This document shows, piece by piece, positions 1 through 9,506 of a DNA stretch of 64,000 bases. The DNA is from Spirochaetota bacterium. GTDB taxonomy: Bacteria; Spirochaetota; UBA4802; UBA5550. The DNA lies in contig OY760686.1 of assembly GCA_963663865.1 (NCBI GenBank), positions 832,001 through 896,000 of the forward strand, given 5' to 3'. The notes below the pieces were generated by a model. That model searched no databases and was not told the origin of the DNA. It was given only the letters and a program-made list of their open reading frames with translations. The position numbers and the translations under genes are program-made. Position 1 is the stretch's first letter; each line of letters begins with the position of its first letter.

Positions 1-1
1 T

Positions 2-466
2 TTCGGGGAGATGAGTATTCTTGAAGAGGAACCAAGATCCGCTACTGCTATAACAATGGACCGAGTCAAGCTCCTGCGGTTTCACAGGGATAACTTTGAT
101 GCTCTTTTGCAGGGAAACCCTCAGCTTGCCTACAAGCTTTTGCTGATATTTTCAAAAAGGATCTATGATGCCAAGAGGAGGCTCATGATTCTCCTGCTTG
201 AGGAGCCTCAGCTTAAGGTAATAGATGTGCTTGTCATGCTCGCGGAGCAGGACCCGCATCTTGACCTTCAGAACGAGATTGTCCTTCCTGTCACTACACC
301 CCAGGTCGCCAGCTGGGCCGGTATGGTGCTTACTGAGACCGAAAAGCAGCTTAATCATCTGCACCAGCTTGACAAGATACAGCTATATGCAGATAGAATT
401 GTGGTAAGGAATATCAGGGATTTTCAGAGGATCGTTTCTTCAAAAAGAAAGAACATGTATTCCTGA
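2..466 (+). CDS. Crp/Fnr-family transcriptional regulator (5'-truncated by window edge)
   Basis: Frame opens FGEMSIL..PRSATA (cNMP-binding domain motif), followed by the C-helix and a C-terminal HTH-like segment (TTPQVASWAG). Confidence 0.8.
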   Translation, partial: FGEMSILEEEPRSATAITMDRVKLLRFHRDNFDALLQGNPQLAYKLLLIFSKRIYDAKRRLMILLLEEPQLKVIDVLVMLAEQDPHLDLQNEIVLPVTTPQVASWAGMVLTETEKQLNHLHQLDKIQLYADRIVVRNIRDFQRIVSSKRKNMYS

Positions 467-520
467 TAAGCCTGCCTGTTTGATAAAATCATATGTCATC
501 GAAATTGAGTAATTTTTTTG

Positions 521-548
521 TTGATAAAAAAAGCCCCGTTTTTATCCT
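521..548 (+). promoter_or_regulatory. Putative sigma70 promoter for tRNA-Arg/prfA
   Basis: TTGATA (521-526), N16, TATCCT (543-548), 26 nt upstream of the tRNA. Confidence 0.45.
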
Positions 549-574
549 GTAACAGCCTTTGTTAGAGGCATATT

Positions 575-648
575 GCTCCCGTAGCTCAGGTGGATAGAGC
601 AGTGGTTTCCTAAACCATGTGCCGGTGGTTCGAGTCCTCCCGGGAGCG
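575..648 (+). tRNA. tRNA-Arg (anticodon CCT)
   Basis: Acceptor stem GCTCCCG/CGGGAGC, D arm TAGCTCAGGTGGATAGAGC, anticodon arm GTGGT-TTCCTAA-ACCAT, T loop GGTTCGAGTCC; CCA not encoded. Confidence 0.95.
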
Positions 649-753
649 CAGTTTATAACCTTCCAGGGCCATTTCGAAGCGCCCTTACGGCCTCTGCCCG
701 GCAGGGATTATCGAAGCGGTAGAGGCCGCTTATTTTTTTATCCGGAGAACAGG

Positions 754-1824
754 ATGCTCAGCAAACTCGAAAAAATTAATGAAAGGTTCCGCTCGCTTGA
801 AAATCAGATGAGCAACCCTGATCTTGTATCCGATCAAAACCTTTTCAGAGAGATAAGCCGTGAACATGCCCAGCTAAGTCCAGTCATTGCAAACTACGAG
901 GACTTCAAGAAGAAAAAAAGCCAGCTTGCCGATTCAACCGCGCTTCTGCAGACCGAAACCGATTCCGAGATGAGGGCGCTTCTTCAGGAGGATGTCAGGG
1001 GGCTGCAAAGAGCAATCGAAGCGCTTGAAGAGACTATGCTTGTTCAGCTGCTGCCGAAAGATCCCGGGTCCGGAAAAGATGTAATCGTGGAAATAAGGGC
1101 GGGAACCGGAGGCGAGGAAGCCGCTCTTTTTGCGGCTGACCTTTTCAGGATGTACAGCCGTTATGCTGACATCAAGGGATGGAAACTCGAGTTTATCGAT
1201 GGAAGCATAACTGAGATTGGCGGATATAAAGAGGTAACGTTTTCACTGAGGAGCCCCGAGGCCTATGACTCCATGAAGTACGAGTCTGGCGGGCACAGGG
1301 TGCAGCGTGTTCCTACAACCGAGTCCGGCGGGCGAATACACACATCGGCCGTTACAGTTGCCGTTTTGCCTGAAGCAGAAGAGCGCGATGTAGTGATTGA
1401 TCCCAACGAGATAAGGGTTGATGTCTACCGTTCATCCGGGCATGGAGGGCAGTCGGTAAACACGACCGATTCGGCGGTCAGGATTACGCACATTCCAACC
1501 GGTATGGTCGTAACGTGCCAGGACGAGAAATCTCAGCTTAAAAACAGGGCGAAGGCGCTCAGGGTACTCAGGGCAAGGCTCTACGAAAAAGAGATGCAGG
1601 AAGCCATGTCGAAGGAATCGGCGATGAGAAAGGCCCAGATCGGTTCCGGCGACAGAAGCGAGAGGATTAGAACTTATAACTTCCCTCAGTCCAGGGTGAC
1701 GGATCACCGGATAGGTCTTACACTTTATAATCTTGAGCAGTTCCTCGAAGGTTACATGGATGATGTAATTGAAGCTTTGAAGAAAAATGAGATTGAGCTG
1801 CTTCTTAAGGAAATGAACGGGTAG
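754..1824 (+). CDS. prfA: Peptide chain release factor 1
   Basis: GGQ motif (SSGHGGQSVN), PxT motif (RVPTTESGGRIHTS), GTGGEEAALFA; start moved to ATG 754 because the ORF-track start lies inside the tRNA. Confidence 0.97.
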   Translation: MLSKLEKINERFRSLENQMSNPDLVSDQNLFREISREHAQLSPVIANYEDFKKKKSQLADSTALLQTETDSEMRALLQEDVRGLQRAIEALEETMLVQLLPKDPGSGKDVIVEIRAGTGGEEAALFAADLFRMYSRYADIKGWKLEFIDGSITEIGGYKEVTFSLRSPEAYDSMKYESGGHRVQRVPTTESGGRIHTSAVTVAVLPEAEERDVVIDPNEIRVDVYRSSGHGGQSVNTTDSAVRITHIPTGMVVTCQDEKSQLKNRAKALRVLRARLYEKEMQEAMSKESAMRKAQIGSGDRSERIRTYNFPQSRVTDHRIGLTLYNLEQFLEGYMDDVIEALKKNEIELLLKEMNG

Positions 1825-2673
1825 GTGTGTTTGAAAAACGGAGAATTTCTGCGTAAATCGATTGCGGCTCTCGCTGAGGCAGGCGTACCCAACCCCAATC
1901 TCGACGCCCAGGTCCTCATGGCGGCTGCGGCCGGTGTTGAGCCATACAGACTTGTTGTCGATTCCGATAAGGAGCTTCATCCTGATATCTGCCTGACGGC
2001 GCAGGGTTACATCGAAAGGCGCTGCAAATTCGAACCTGTAGCTTACATAACGGGCAGAAAGGAATTCTATTCACTGGAGTTCAGAGTCGATAAAAACGTT
2101 CTAATCCCCCGCCCGGAAACAGAGCTCCTTGTGGATATGGGCATATTCTACGCGCCCCAGAGCGGATCAGTGCTGGACCTTTGTACCGGCTCAGGAATAA
2201 TCGCGGTTGCCCTGAAGTACAGCAGGAGCGATCTGAAGGTTACAGCCTCTGATATATACGGTGAAGCGTTAAGTGTCGCACGGACTAATGCCGGGGAAAT
2301 TGCCGGCGGCGGAATAGAGTTTATCCAGTCAGACCTTTTCGCCGCGATGGCCGGACGAAAGTTCGATCTTATAATTTCAAATCCGCCCTATGTCAGTATG
2401 GATGATATGGATTCACTTGCTCCCGACCTTGCCTTTGAACCGCGTAATGCCCTTTGCTGTGAAGACGGAGGATTCTCTGTTATCGAAAGAATCCTTTCAG
2501 AGGCATCTTCACACTTAAATGAGGGGGGGATATTGCTCCTTGAGATAGGAGACCCTCTGAAAAACAGAATAAAGGAAGCCGCCCCTCTGCACGGATTCAG
2601 CGTTACAATACTCAATGATCATGCGGGACTGGCGAGGGTCGCGACCTGCAGAATGGCTGACGGCGAGGACTGA
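1825..2673 (+). CDS. prmC: Release factor glutamine methyltransferase
   Basis: VLIPRPETE, LDLCTGSG SAM motif, SNPPY; directly follows prfA. Confidence 0.95.
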   Translation: MCLKNGEFLRKSIAALAEAGVPNPNLDAQVLMAAAAGVEPYRLVVDSDKELHPDICLTAQGYIERRCKFEPVAYITGRKEFYSLEFRVDKNVLIPRPETELLVDMGIFYAPQSGSVLDLCTGSGIIAVALKYSRSDLKVTASDIYGEALSVARTNAGEIAGGGIEFIQSDLFAAMAGRKFDLIISNPPYVSMDDMDSLAPDLAFEPRNALCCEDGGFSVIERILSEASSHLNEGGILLLEIGDPLKNRIKEAAPLHGFSVTILNDHAGLARVATCRMADGED

Positions 2674-2674
2674 A

Positions 2675-4015
2675 ATGAGCATTCTGAGGGAACTGTTCCG
2701 TAAAATGGCGCCCTTCAGCGCGGTACTTCTTCTTCTCTTTTTAATAAATGCTGTATTCAACCTTAACTATCGCTGGGAAGGGATATCCTTTATTGTCAGG
2801 GTTTATCTTTTTCTGTATTCTTTTTATGCCGTTTACATAATCGCATTTCTGGATATTGACGCCCTTCAGCAGGAGTATACAATCAGGTTTGGCCGTTCCG
2901 GAATACACCGGCTATTTTTGGCTGCGAGGGTAGCGCCTTTCGCGGTGCTGTATCTGATTACCATAATTTTTACATTCATAACTTATCTGGGTTCGCAATC
3001 ATCAGGCTGGTTTGTTGATTCCATGCTTGACGTTCTAAACGGCAAATTCAGCAATACAATAATATACTCTCTGCTTCTTCTAATCATATTGAAGATCAAG
3101 AAAGACCCTCAAATAACGATTCCAATTTTCCTGGCAAGTTCTTCGGTTTATCTGTTTTTAATGGATAAGTTTCTTTATAACTACTTTGGTTCGGGGGCTG
3201 CTGTATCAATTATAAAGATGATCAAGTATGCGATTTTTTTCTACTTCTTCGTTTTTGAGTTCTACTACAAGAGAAAGAGCCTCTGGAAACCCGTAATTCC
3301 TGCGGTCATGCTTGGTTTTGTAATACATTTTGTCGTCTCTGGGATTTTTGCGGCATTCTTCAAATTTGCCCCTTTCAGTTCGACGGCTCAGATGAAGGCT
3401 GCGGACATTTTAATGCACACAGGCTTTTCCTATCCCCGTGCAACCGTTGTTAAGGCGGTTATCGAAAATCCGGATTCTGATAATGTAGAAATGCTGCTCC
3501 TTTATTCCGAAGTCTATAAAAAAAAGATTCCATATACAACATCTCAATGGGAATTTCTTGTTGATTCATCAGAAACAGAGGTTTTTGGGAAACTAATCTC
3601 GTACTTAAAAAAGAACGAAATCTATCTTTCTTATGATTTTCTTTCTAATTATGTAATTACTCAAATAGAGAAGACCGGGGTCGAATTCGGCAATACCGAC
3701 GAATTTACTGAGTATTTTGCTGAAGTCAGCAGCGAAGAGCCAGAAAGGTTCTTCTCCGCCTTTGAAAGCGGTTCAATGCCTTTTAAACTCTGGGGGGTCA
3801 GGGTTTTTGAATACATGAGCGACCTCAGGGCCGTCCCGCTTCTCATTGAACATCTTACCAGCATTGACGAAGAGTTGTCTATAAGGACTTATTCTGTTTT
3901 AAAAACCATTACAGGCCTTGATCCGGCCCATAAAAGTAACTTTCACCCCAATCATCCGGAAGTGGTTAAAAGCTTCAACAGGTTTTATCTGGACTCTCGC
4001 ACAGGGAATAAATAG
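2675..4015 (+). CDS. Hypothetical polytopic membrane protein with C-terminal helical/HEAT-like region
   Basis: About 7 hydrophobic segments in the N-terminal half; C-terminal RAVPLLIEHL...LKTITG resembles a HEAT repeat; ATG 2675 just after the prmC stop. Confidence 0.65.
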   Translation: MSILRELFRKMAPFSAVLLLLFLINAVFNLNYRWEGISFIVRVYLFLYSFYAVYIIAFLDIDALQQEYTIRFGRSGIHRLFLAARVAPFAVLYLITIIFTFITYLGSQSSGWFVDSMLDVLNGKFSNTIIYSLLLLIILKIKKDPQITIPIFLASSSVYLFLMDKFLYNYFGSGAAVSIIKMIKYAIFFYFFVFEFYYKRKSLWKPVIPAVMLGFVIHFVVSGIFAAFFKFAPFSSTAQMKAADILMHTGFSYPRATVVKAVIENPDSDNVEMLLLYSEVYKKKIPYTTSQWEFLVDSSETEVFGKLISYLKKNEIYLSYDFLSNYVITQIEKTGVEFGNTDEFTEYFAEVSSEEPERFFSAFESGSMPFKLWGVRVFEYMSDLRAVPLLIEHLTSIDEELSIRTYSVLKTITGLDPAHKSNFHPNHPEVVKSFNRFYLDSRTGNK

Positions 4016-4607
4016 GGCAGATGCCGCAGACGGGATTTCGAGCCTTGCAAATATCTCTTCCGTGACGAATAAGGAGGAGGTGAACGTTCTTCCAGAGCCT
4101 GTCAGGAACTATTTTCATGAGAGCGTTTTCCGCCTTAAGCGGATCTGCTGAATCTGTATACCCAAGACGGAACGCCAACCTCATTACATGGGTATCGACA
4201 GGCATCGCTGGAATTCCAAAGCCTACAGATAACACTACGTTTGCTGTCTTGCGTCCAACTCCCGGAAGAGAAGTCAGGCTCTTAAAATCCGGAGGAACCA
4301 TACCTCCGAAGTCATTCTCCACCTTTGCGGCGAGAGCGACAATGTTTGCCGCCTTGTTCCTGTAAAAACCGGTAGGTCTTACGATGTTTTCAACGTCTGC
4401 TATGCTGGCCCCTGCAAGCGACCTGAAGTCAGGGTACTTTTTAAAAAGCTTACCGGTAACCGAGTTGACCTGTCTATCAGTAGTTTGAGCTGAAAGAACA
4501 ACGGAGATAATCAGCTCGTAGATGTTGCTGAATATCAGATCCGGATTGACATGGCCGTAATGGCCGCTCAGGGCCGAGATGATTTTGTCTGAAGTTTCAA
4601 CGTTCAT
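3975..4607 (-). CDS. nth: Endonuclease III
   Basis: LSAQTTD, HhH motif LPGVGRKTANV, VDTHV, 4Fe-4S motif C-x6-C-x2-C-x5-C. Confidence 0.96.
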   Translation of the reverse strand: MNVETSDKIISALSGHYGHVNPDLIFSNIYELIISVVLSAQTTDRQVNSVTGKLFKKYPDFRSLAGASIADVENIVRPTGFYRNKAANIVALAAKVENDFGGMVPPDFKSLTSLPGVGRKTANVVLSVGFGIPAMPVDTHVMRLAFRLGYTDSADPLKAENALMKIVPDRLWKNVHLLLIRHGRDICKARNPVCGICPIYSLCESPDKTC

Positions 4608-5199
4608 CGGCTAAAGCTAATATCATGGGCAGGGCCTTCCTCAGGGCTGCGGCGCGATGACTTATTGTATTTTTAATATCCGGGTTCAATTCAGCCATGG
4701 TAGCATTGTATTCTTTTACAAAAAAGACCGGATCGTAGCCGAAACCGTTATTCCCTGACGGGACAAGGGTTATTTCTCCTTCACATTCGCCTCTTGCAGT
4801 TTGGACAGCCCCATCTGGAGATACTACCGCAATGCAGCAGACAAAGCGGGCTGATCTATTTACCGAGTCTTTCATTTCTTCCAGAAGCAGTCTGCAGCGG
4901 CCCTCATCATTGAGATCACTGCCTCCGTATCTTGCGGAGTAAACACCGGGACGCCCTCCAAGTGCGTCTACGCTCAGCCCGGAGTCGTCAGCAATAGTTA
5001 ACAATCTGCTGTGGCTCCATAGAGCTTGAGCTTTTTTAACCGCGTTTTCCTCAAAAGTTGCTCCGTCTTCAACAACATCAGGCGGGTTTGCAAGATCGGA
5101 AATTGAGAGAACATTAAATCGTTTTTCAGGTGAAGCGGATAAAATGGATGTGATTTCTTCGATTTTTTTCCGGTTCCCGGTAGCAATCAGTATATCCAC
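4597..5199 (-). CDS. rdgB: Non-canonical purine NTP pyrophosphatase (RdgB/HAM1)
   Basis: ATGNRKK, DDSGL, PGVYSARY, GFGYDPVF, SHR motifs; GTG start at 5199 with AAGGAG upstream. Confidence 0.95.
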   Translation of the reverse strand: MDILIATGNRKKIEEITSILSASPEKRFNVLSISDLANPPDVVEDGATFEENAVKKAQALWSHSRLLTIADDSGLSVDALGGRPGVYSARYGGSDLNDEGRCRLLLEEMKDSVNRSARFVCCIAVVSPDGAVQTARGECEGEITLVPSGNNGFGYDPVFFVKEYNATMAELNPDIKNTISHRAAALRKALPMILALADER

Positions 5200-5350
5200 A
5201 GATACTCCTTTTATGAGTGTAAGACGCAAACGTTGTTGTAAAATGGCACATCTGCTGAAAAACAGATTGATTTAATCGGTCAAATCAATCAATAATAATT
5301 TAGGGTTATGTGAATCCGTTTTGATGCGGTGATAATCAAGGGTTGGTGAT

Positions 5351-7402
5351 ATGAGAATTAAACTTGTTCTTGCAGGTATTGCCTTTCATTTGCCGGAGAT
5401 AATTCTGGCTTCGCTGCTTATTCATTTCTATCCCGACCAGGAAGGAGCTTTTTGGCCTGGTACCGCGGGGCTCATTCTGTTGATTCCGTTGATTAAACTT
5501 CCCATACTGATCTATGCCCTGCGCAGGTATTATACTCTGTATGTTGACTACATAAGGCAGATCGCGATATACCTTTCGAGAAGCCGTATCGGCGGTGATC
5601 CTCCTGATCTGAAGGGAAGCGGTCTTTTGCCTGAGGAGCTTAGAAAGCTTGCAGATTCAGCAAAAAAACTCGATAAACTTATTCTGTCACAGAAGGATGA
5701 GATCGACAAGTTTCATGAGCTCTATCAAAATATCATATTCTCAATAAGCTCATACTTCCTTGTCCTCGACGAAGAGTACAGAGTGGTTTTTGCCAATGAG
5801 GGTTTCTGTAAAAAATTTATTTTTGATATTGAGGATATAAACGGAAAGCATATCGATGAGATATTCTATTTTGTCAACGCCCGTCTGCGTTCAGGGCTTA
5901 ACAGAGCAAGAAACGAGGGAATGTCCGTTGTACTTGAAAGGACGCATCTTCTGTCAATTAACAAAATATCAATAATTGCAGATATTAAAATATCAAATAT
6001 GATTCTTCAGGGGCACAGGCAGGTGATCCTGATAATTGACGACGTGACCGGAAACCTGAGAAAGGACTACCAGATATCTCTATTGAGCCATATATCTGAG
6101 TCAATTCAGAGCGAAGTTGAGATAGAGAGGGTGCTGTACACGATTTTGACTGCTGTTACATCAGGTTCAGGATTGGGATTCAACAGAGCAATGCTTTTTT
6201 TAATAGATGAAAATGGGAGTGTCCTGAAAGGGAAAATGGCTGTAGGTCCTGATTCGCTTGAGGAAGCAATTGAAATATGGAGTGCGGGTCCTTCGGCAGT
6301 CCTTGATCCGCAAAGTCTCGGTAATCATTCGATTGAACGTGGAAAGAACTTTCTAAAAAAGGTTATAAGCGCATCATTCCGGCTTAATGAGGACAGTGTT
6401 TTTTCGAGGAGCATAGTACAAAAAGAAGTTCAACATGTCTTTAGAAGAGAAGCAGATCCGGGAGTGGGAGAAAGCGTCAGAGGATTTATGGACGTTGAGG
6501 AGTTTGTGGTTGCGCCCATAGTGGCTGTAAACAAACCCGTAGGCATAATTTGCGTGGATAACAAGTTTAACAATGTTCCCATAGGAAAAGATGTCATTGA
6601 ACTTCTGAAGATATTTGCCTCTCAGGCGGCCTTTTCCATTGAAAGCTTTAAAAATCTAATAAATGTTAAATCGCAGATGGACAAAATATCGAGACGACAG
6701 GAAGCAATAGTTGAGTCCGAAAAAATGGCCGCTGTCGGCCGCATTGCGGCTCACATTGCCCATGAAATCAGGAATCCGCTTGTTACGATGGGCGGTTACG
6801 CAAGAAGGGTAGTGCATCTGGCACAGTCCCGCGAACGGGAGCAGGAAAAAAACTATGAGAACATCGCCAATGCCGGCAATATCATCCTCAAGGAATCTGA
6901 ACGTTTAGAAAAAATCCTCTCAAATGTTATGGACTTTACTCGTCCGACCAAGTTTATCAGAGAATATAACAATATAAATGAAGTGATAAATGACACTGTC
7001 GAGCTGCTGAAAAATCTTCTGCTTGAAAAGAAAATAGATACAGAGATAAAGCTTGGCGAAGATATTCCGCTTGTAAAGTCAGATTTCAATCAGATGAAGC
7101 AGGTGATTCTCAATCTCATACAGAACTCTGTCGATGCCAGCACAGCAGGTGGGAAGATAATCATTCAAACTGACTGCAGGAATAACAAGGTAATCGTTAA
7201 AGTCATGGACACGGGAACGGGGTTGTCCGAAGAAAGCTCTGATATTCTGTTCGAGCCTTTTTATACAACGAAAGTCACTGGAGTCGGGCTGGGGCTTTCT
7301 AACGTCAAGAAGATTGTAAAAGACCACGGGGGGTCAATATCTCTTAAAAACAGACCGGAAGGCGGGACAGAAGCTGTACTCACTCTGCCGGTTCCAGGAT
7401 GA
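5351..7402 (+). CDS. Membrane sensor histidine kinase (2 TM - PAS - GAF - HisKA - HATPase)
   Basis: H-box AHEIRNPL, N-box NLIQNSVDA, DTGTG, FEPFYTTK, GVGLGL; GAF-like segment (GLGFNRAMLFL...VDNKF). Confidence 0.92.
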   Translation: MRIKLVLAGIAFHLPEIILASLLIHFYPDQEGAFWPGTAGLILLIPLIKLPILIYALRRYYTLYVDYIRQIAIYLSRSRIGGDPPDLKGSGLLPEELRKLADSAKKLDKLILSQKDEIDKFHELYQNIIFSISSYFLVLDEEYRVVFANEGFCKKFIFDIEDINGKHIDEIFYFVNARLRSGLNRARNEGMSVVLERTHLLSINKISIIADIKISNMILQGHRQVILIIDDVTGNLRKDYQISLLSHISESIQSEVEIERVLYTILTAVTSGSGLGFNRAMLFLIDENGSVLKGKMAVGPDSLEEAIEIWSAGPSAVLDPQSLGNHSIERGKNFLKKVISASFRLNEDSVFSRSIVQKEVQHVFRREADPGVGESVRGFMDVEEFVVAPIVAVNKPVGIICVDNKFNNVPIGKDVIELLKIFASQAAFSIESFKNLINVKSQMDKISRRQEAIVESEKMAAVGRIAAHIAHEIRNPLVTMGGYARRVVHLAQSREREQEKNYENIANAGNIILKESERLEKILSNVMDFTRPTKFIREYNNINEVINDTVELLKNLLLEKKIDTEIKLGEDIPLVKSDFNQMKQVILNLIQNSVDASTAGGKIIIQTDCRNNKVIVKVMDTGTGLSEESSDILFEPFYTTKVTGVGLGLSNVKKIVKDHGGSISLKNRPEGGTEAVLTLPVPG

Positions 7403-7534
7403 CATGGGGGCTTTTGTGAACTCATATAATCATTGGTTAAAGGGAAGAGTTCGAATTATTGTATTGAAATAGTTTTTCATCTGTGGTAAGGTTTACCTGG
7501 TTCTTATTGATAATAGAGATTGTCGGAGGTCAAT

Positions 7535-7894
7535 ATGGCAGGGAAAATATTAATTGTCGAAGATGAACAGCATCAGCGGGAGCTTTACGCTACTGAATTG
7601 GAAGAAGAGGGCTATCAGGTGGATCAGGCCTCCAATGGCAAGGAGGGAGTTGAGAAGGTCAGACAAAACAAATATGATCTCGTCGTTATGGACATCAGGA
7701 TGCCTGAAATGGATGGGATTGAAGCTCTTGGGAAAATTCTTTCAAGGGATAAGAAGATTCCAATCATAATATATACTGCATATTCTAATTATAAGAGCAA
7801 CTTTATGACCTGGACGGCCGACGCATACATAACCAAATCTTCAAATCTTGATGAGCTAAAGGGTAAAATCAGTGAGTTAATAGGTGTCAGTTGA
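7535..7894 (+). CDS. Single-domain response regulator
   Basis: ILIVEDE, MDIRMPEMDG, YTAY, K; no output domain; GGAGG before ATG 7535. Confidence 0.93.
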   Translation: MAGKILIVEDEQHQRELYATELEEEGYQVDQASNGKEGVEKVRQNKYDLVVMDIRMPEMDGIEALGKILSRDKKIPIIIYTAYSNYKSNFMTWTADAYITKSSNLDELKGKISELIGVS

Positions 7895-7897
7895 ATT

Positions 7898-8275
7898 TTA
7901 TTCAGGAATGTATGTGCACCTTGATGTTCCTGACTCCCACACTGTCACGGATTCTATTTGCGCATCGCTGTTTATAGCACGTATTTTCTCTGCGGCTTCT
8001 GAGGCGATGTAGCGCGCAATATTTTCTGAGCTTGGATTGATCTCTGTAAATGGATGAGTGTCATTCAGGTTTTTATGATCCAACTCCTCAATAATTCCCT
8101 TCACCATTTTTTTAAGATCTCCGAAATCGACAAGCAGTCCAATATTGTCCAGAGTGTTGCCTTTTACGGCAAGGACAACTTTCCAGTTATGTCCGTGAAG
8201 GTTTTCACATTTTCCTTTGTATTTCCTTAACTGATGTGCAGAGGCAAAGGAGTCTTCAACTGTCAAAATATACAT
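7898..8275 (-). CDS. queD: 6-carboxytetrahydropterin synthase
   Basis: FASAHQL, CENLHGHNW, LDHKNLN, NPSSENIA, VWES. Confidence 0.93.
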   Translation of the reverse strand: MYILTVEDSFASAHQLRKYKGKCENLHGHNWKVVLAVKGNTLDNIGLLVDFGDLKKMVKGIIEELDHKNLNDTHPFTEINPSSENIARYIASEAAEKIRAINSDAQIESVTVWESGTSRCTYIPE

Positions 8276-8285
8276 AGATTTATCC

Positions 8286-9320
8286 CTATATGAAACTTGA
8301 GAGACTTTTCGATATCCCTTCTATTTCTTTTTTGGATAGAGTGGGATATAGGGGCAGAGTGTAAAGCTTTTTTGAAAGCCGGTCGCTGTTCGGATAGTCA
8401 AGCCCTCTAAATCCGAGAATAGAGTGGATTGGACTTTCAACTGGGCGAATAACTTCAATACCCGCCTTTTTCCAGTATTTCTGAACCTTTTCGGCAGGTG
8501 AATCGAAAAGCACGGGAAAGGATTGATAGGCATAATCCCTTGAGTAAGGGATAAGTTCTCTGTGCGAGGTAATCTTTAAAGCGTCATGGAAAATCCCCGC
8601 GATATCCCTTCTCCGCTTTATGAACTCCTTGAGTTTATAAAGCTGTGAAATCCCCATTGCTGCCTGAAGGTCGGTCATAATATAGTCGTAATTAATGGAA
8701 GAATCGTTGCGTCCTCTGAGATCCCTCATCACAGAATAGTAACGGGTGTTAGATGTCTGAACCATCCCGCCGTTTCCAGTTGTTATCATCATTGATGGCG
8801 CGAATGAAATGACAGTAATTGAAGATTTTTTACCCATGGGTTCTGAATTGTGCTCCGTCCCAAGAACTGCGGAGATGTCCTCAATGATGGGGATCTGGAT
8901 GTCAGCTAACTGGTCAAGGGGGAAATGATAGCCGAAAGTATGCCTGATTACGATTGCTTTTGTATTCGCTGTAATCCTGGATTTTATCTGATCCGGTGAT
9001 GGGAATATTGAGTTTTCTTCGCTGTCAATGAGTACAGGCTTTGCTCCCGTCAATCCCAGGGCTGAAACAGGGGACGAGCAGCCGAATGACGGCATAATTA
9101 TTTCTGATTCGCTGTCAAGATCAAGCGCTTGAAATGCCAGGTGGAACGCGGCTGTAAGAGAATTGACGGCGACCGAAAATTTCTGTCCTGTGATATCAGA
9201 AACAGCCGTTTCAAGATTTTTGACTGTATTTCCTGTGGCTATTTCGTCATTGATTAGGCAGTCCAGCACTCCTTCGAGTTCTTTTCTTGTTATTGTCGGT
9301 TTATTGGAGACGATTTTCAT
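8286..9320 (-). CDS. DegT/DnrJ/EryC1/StrS-fold protein, catalytic lysine apparently absent
   Basis: Overall DegT layout (GAKPVLID, TKAIV, IIED, MTDLQAAMG, LPLYPTL), but SFAPSMMITTGNGG where the family has SFxxxKxxTTGEGG. Confidence 0.85.
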   Translation of the reverse strand: MKIVSNKPTITRKELEGVLDCLINDEIATGNTVKNLETAVSDITGQKFSVAVNSLTAAFHLAFQALDLDSESEIIMPSFGCSSPVSALGLTGAKPVLIDSEENSIFPSPDQIKSRITANTKAIVIRHTFGYHFPLDQLADIQIPIIEDISAVLGTEHNSEPMGKKSSITVISFAPSMMITTGNGGMVQTSNTRYYSVMRDLRGRNDSSINYDYIMTDLQAAMGISQLYKLKEFIKRRRDIAGIFHDALKITSHRELIPYSRDYAYQSFPVLFDSPAEKVQKYWKKAGIEVIRPVESPIHSILGFRGLDYPNSDRLSKKLYTLPLYPTLSKKEIEGISKSLSSFI

Positions 9321-9506
9321 TGGTGTTCCCCGGTAAATTGAAGCTGTATTTTCTTAAATAACCCGGGGATAGGCCCCCGTGGTCAAGAATCTTTTTGATA
9401 AAACAAAAAATTGAGAGACGTCTATTGTGACTGATAAATAATAACTTTAATGCTGTGATGACATAATACCGATAATATGAACGACTAATATTCGGAGGGT
9501 ATCATA

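Noticed and set aside
575-648. tRNA-Arg as a possible integration site
   Set aside because: No integrase and no duplicated tRNA 3' end seen; housekeeping prfA follows directly
619-753. N-terminal extension of PrfA in the ORF track
   Set aside because: It starts inside the tRNA-Arg gene; homology begins at ATG 754
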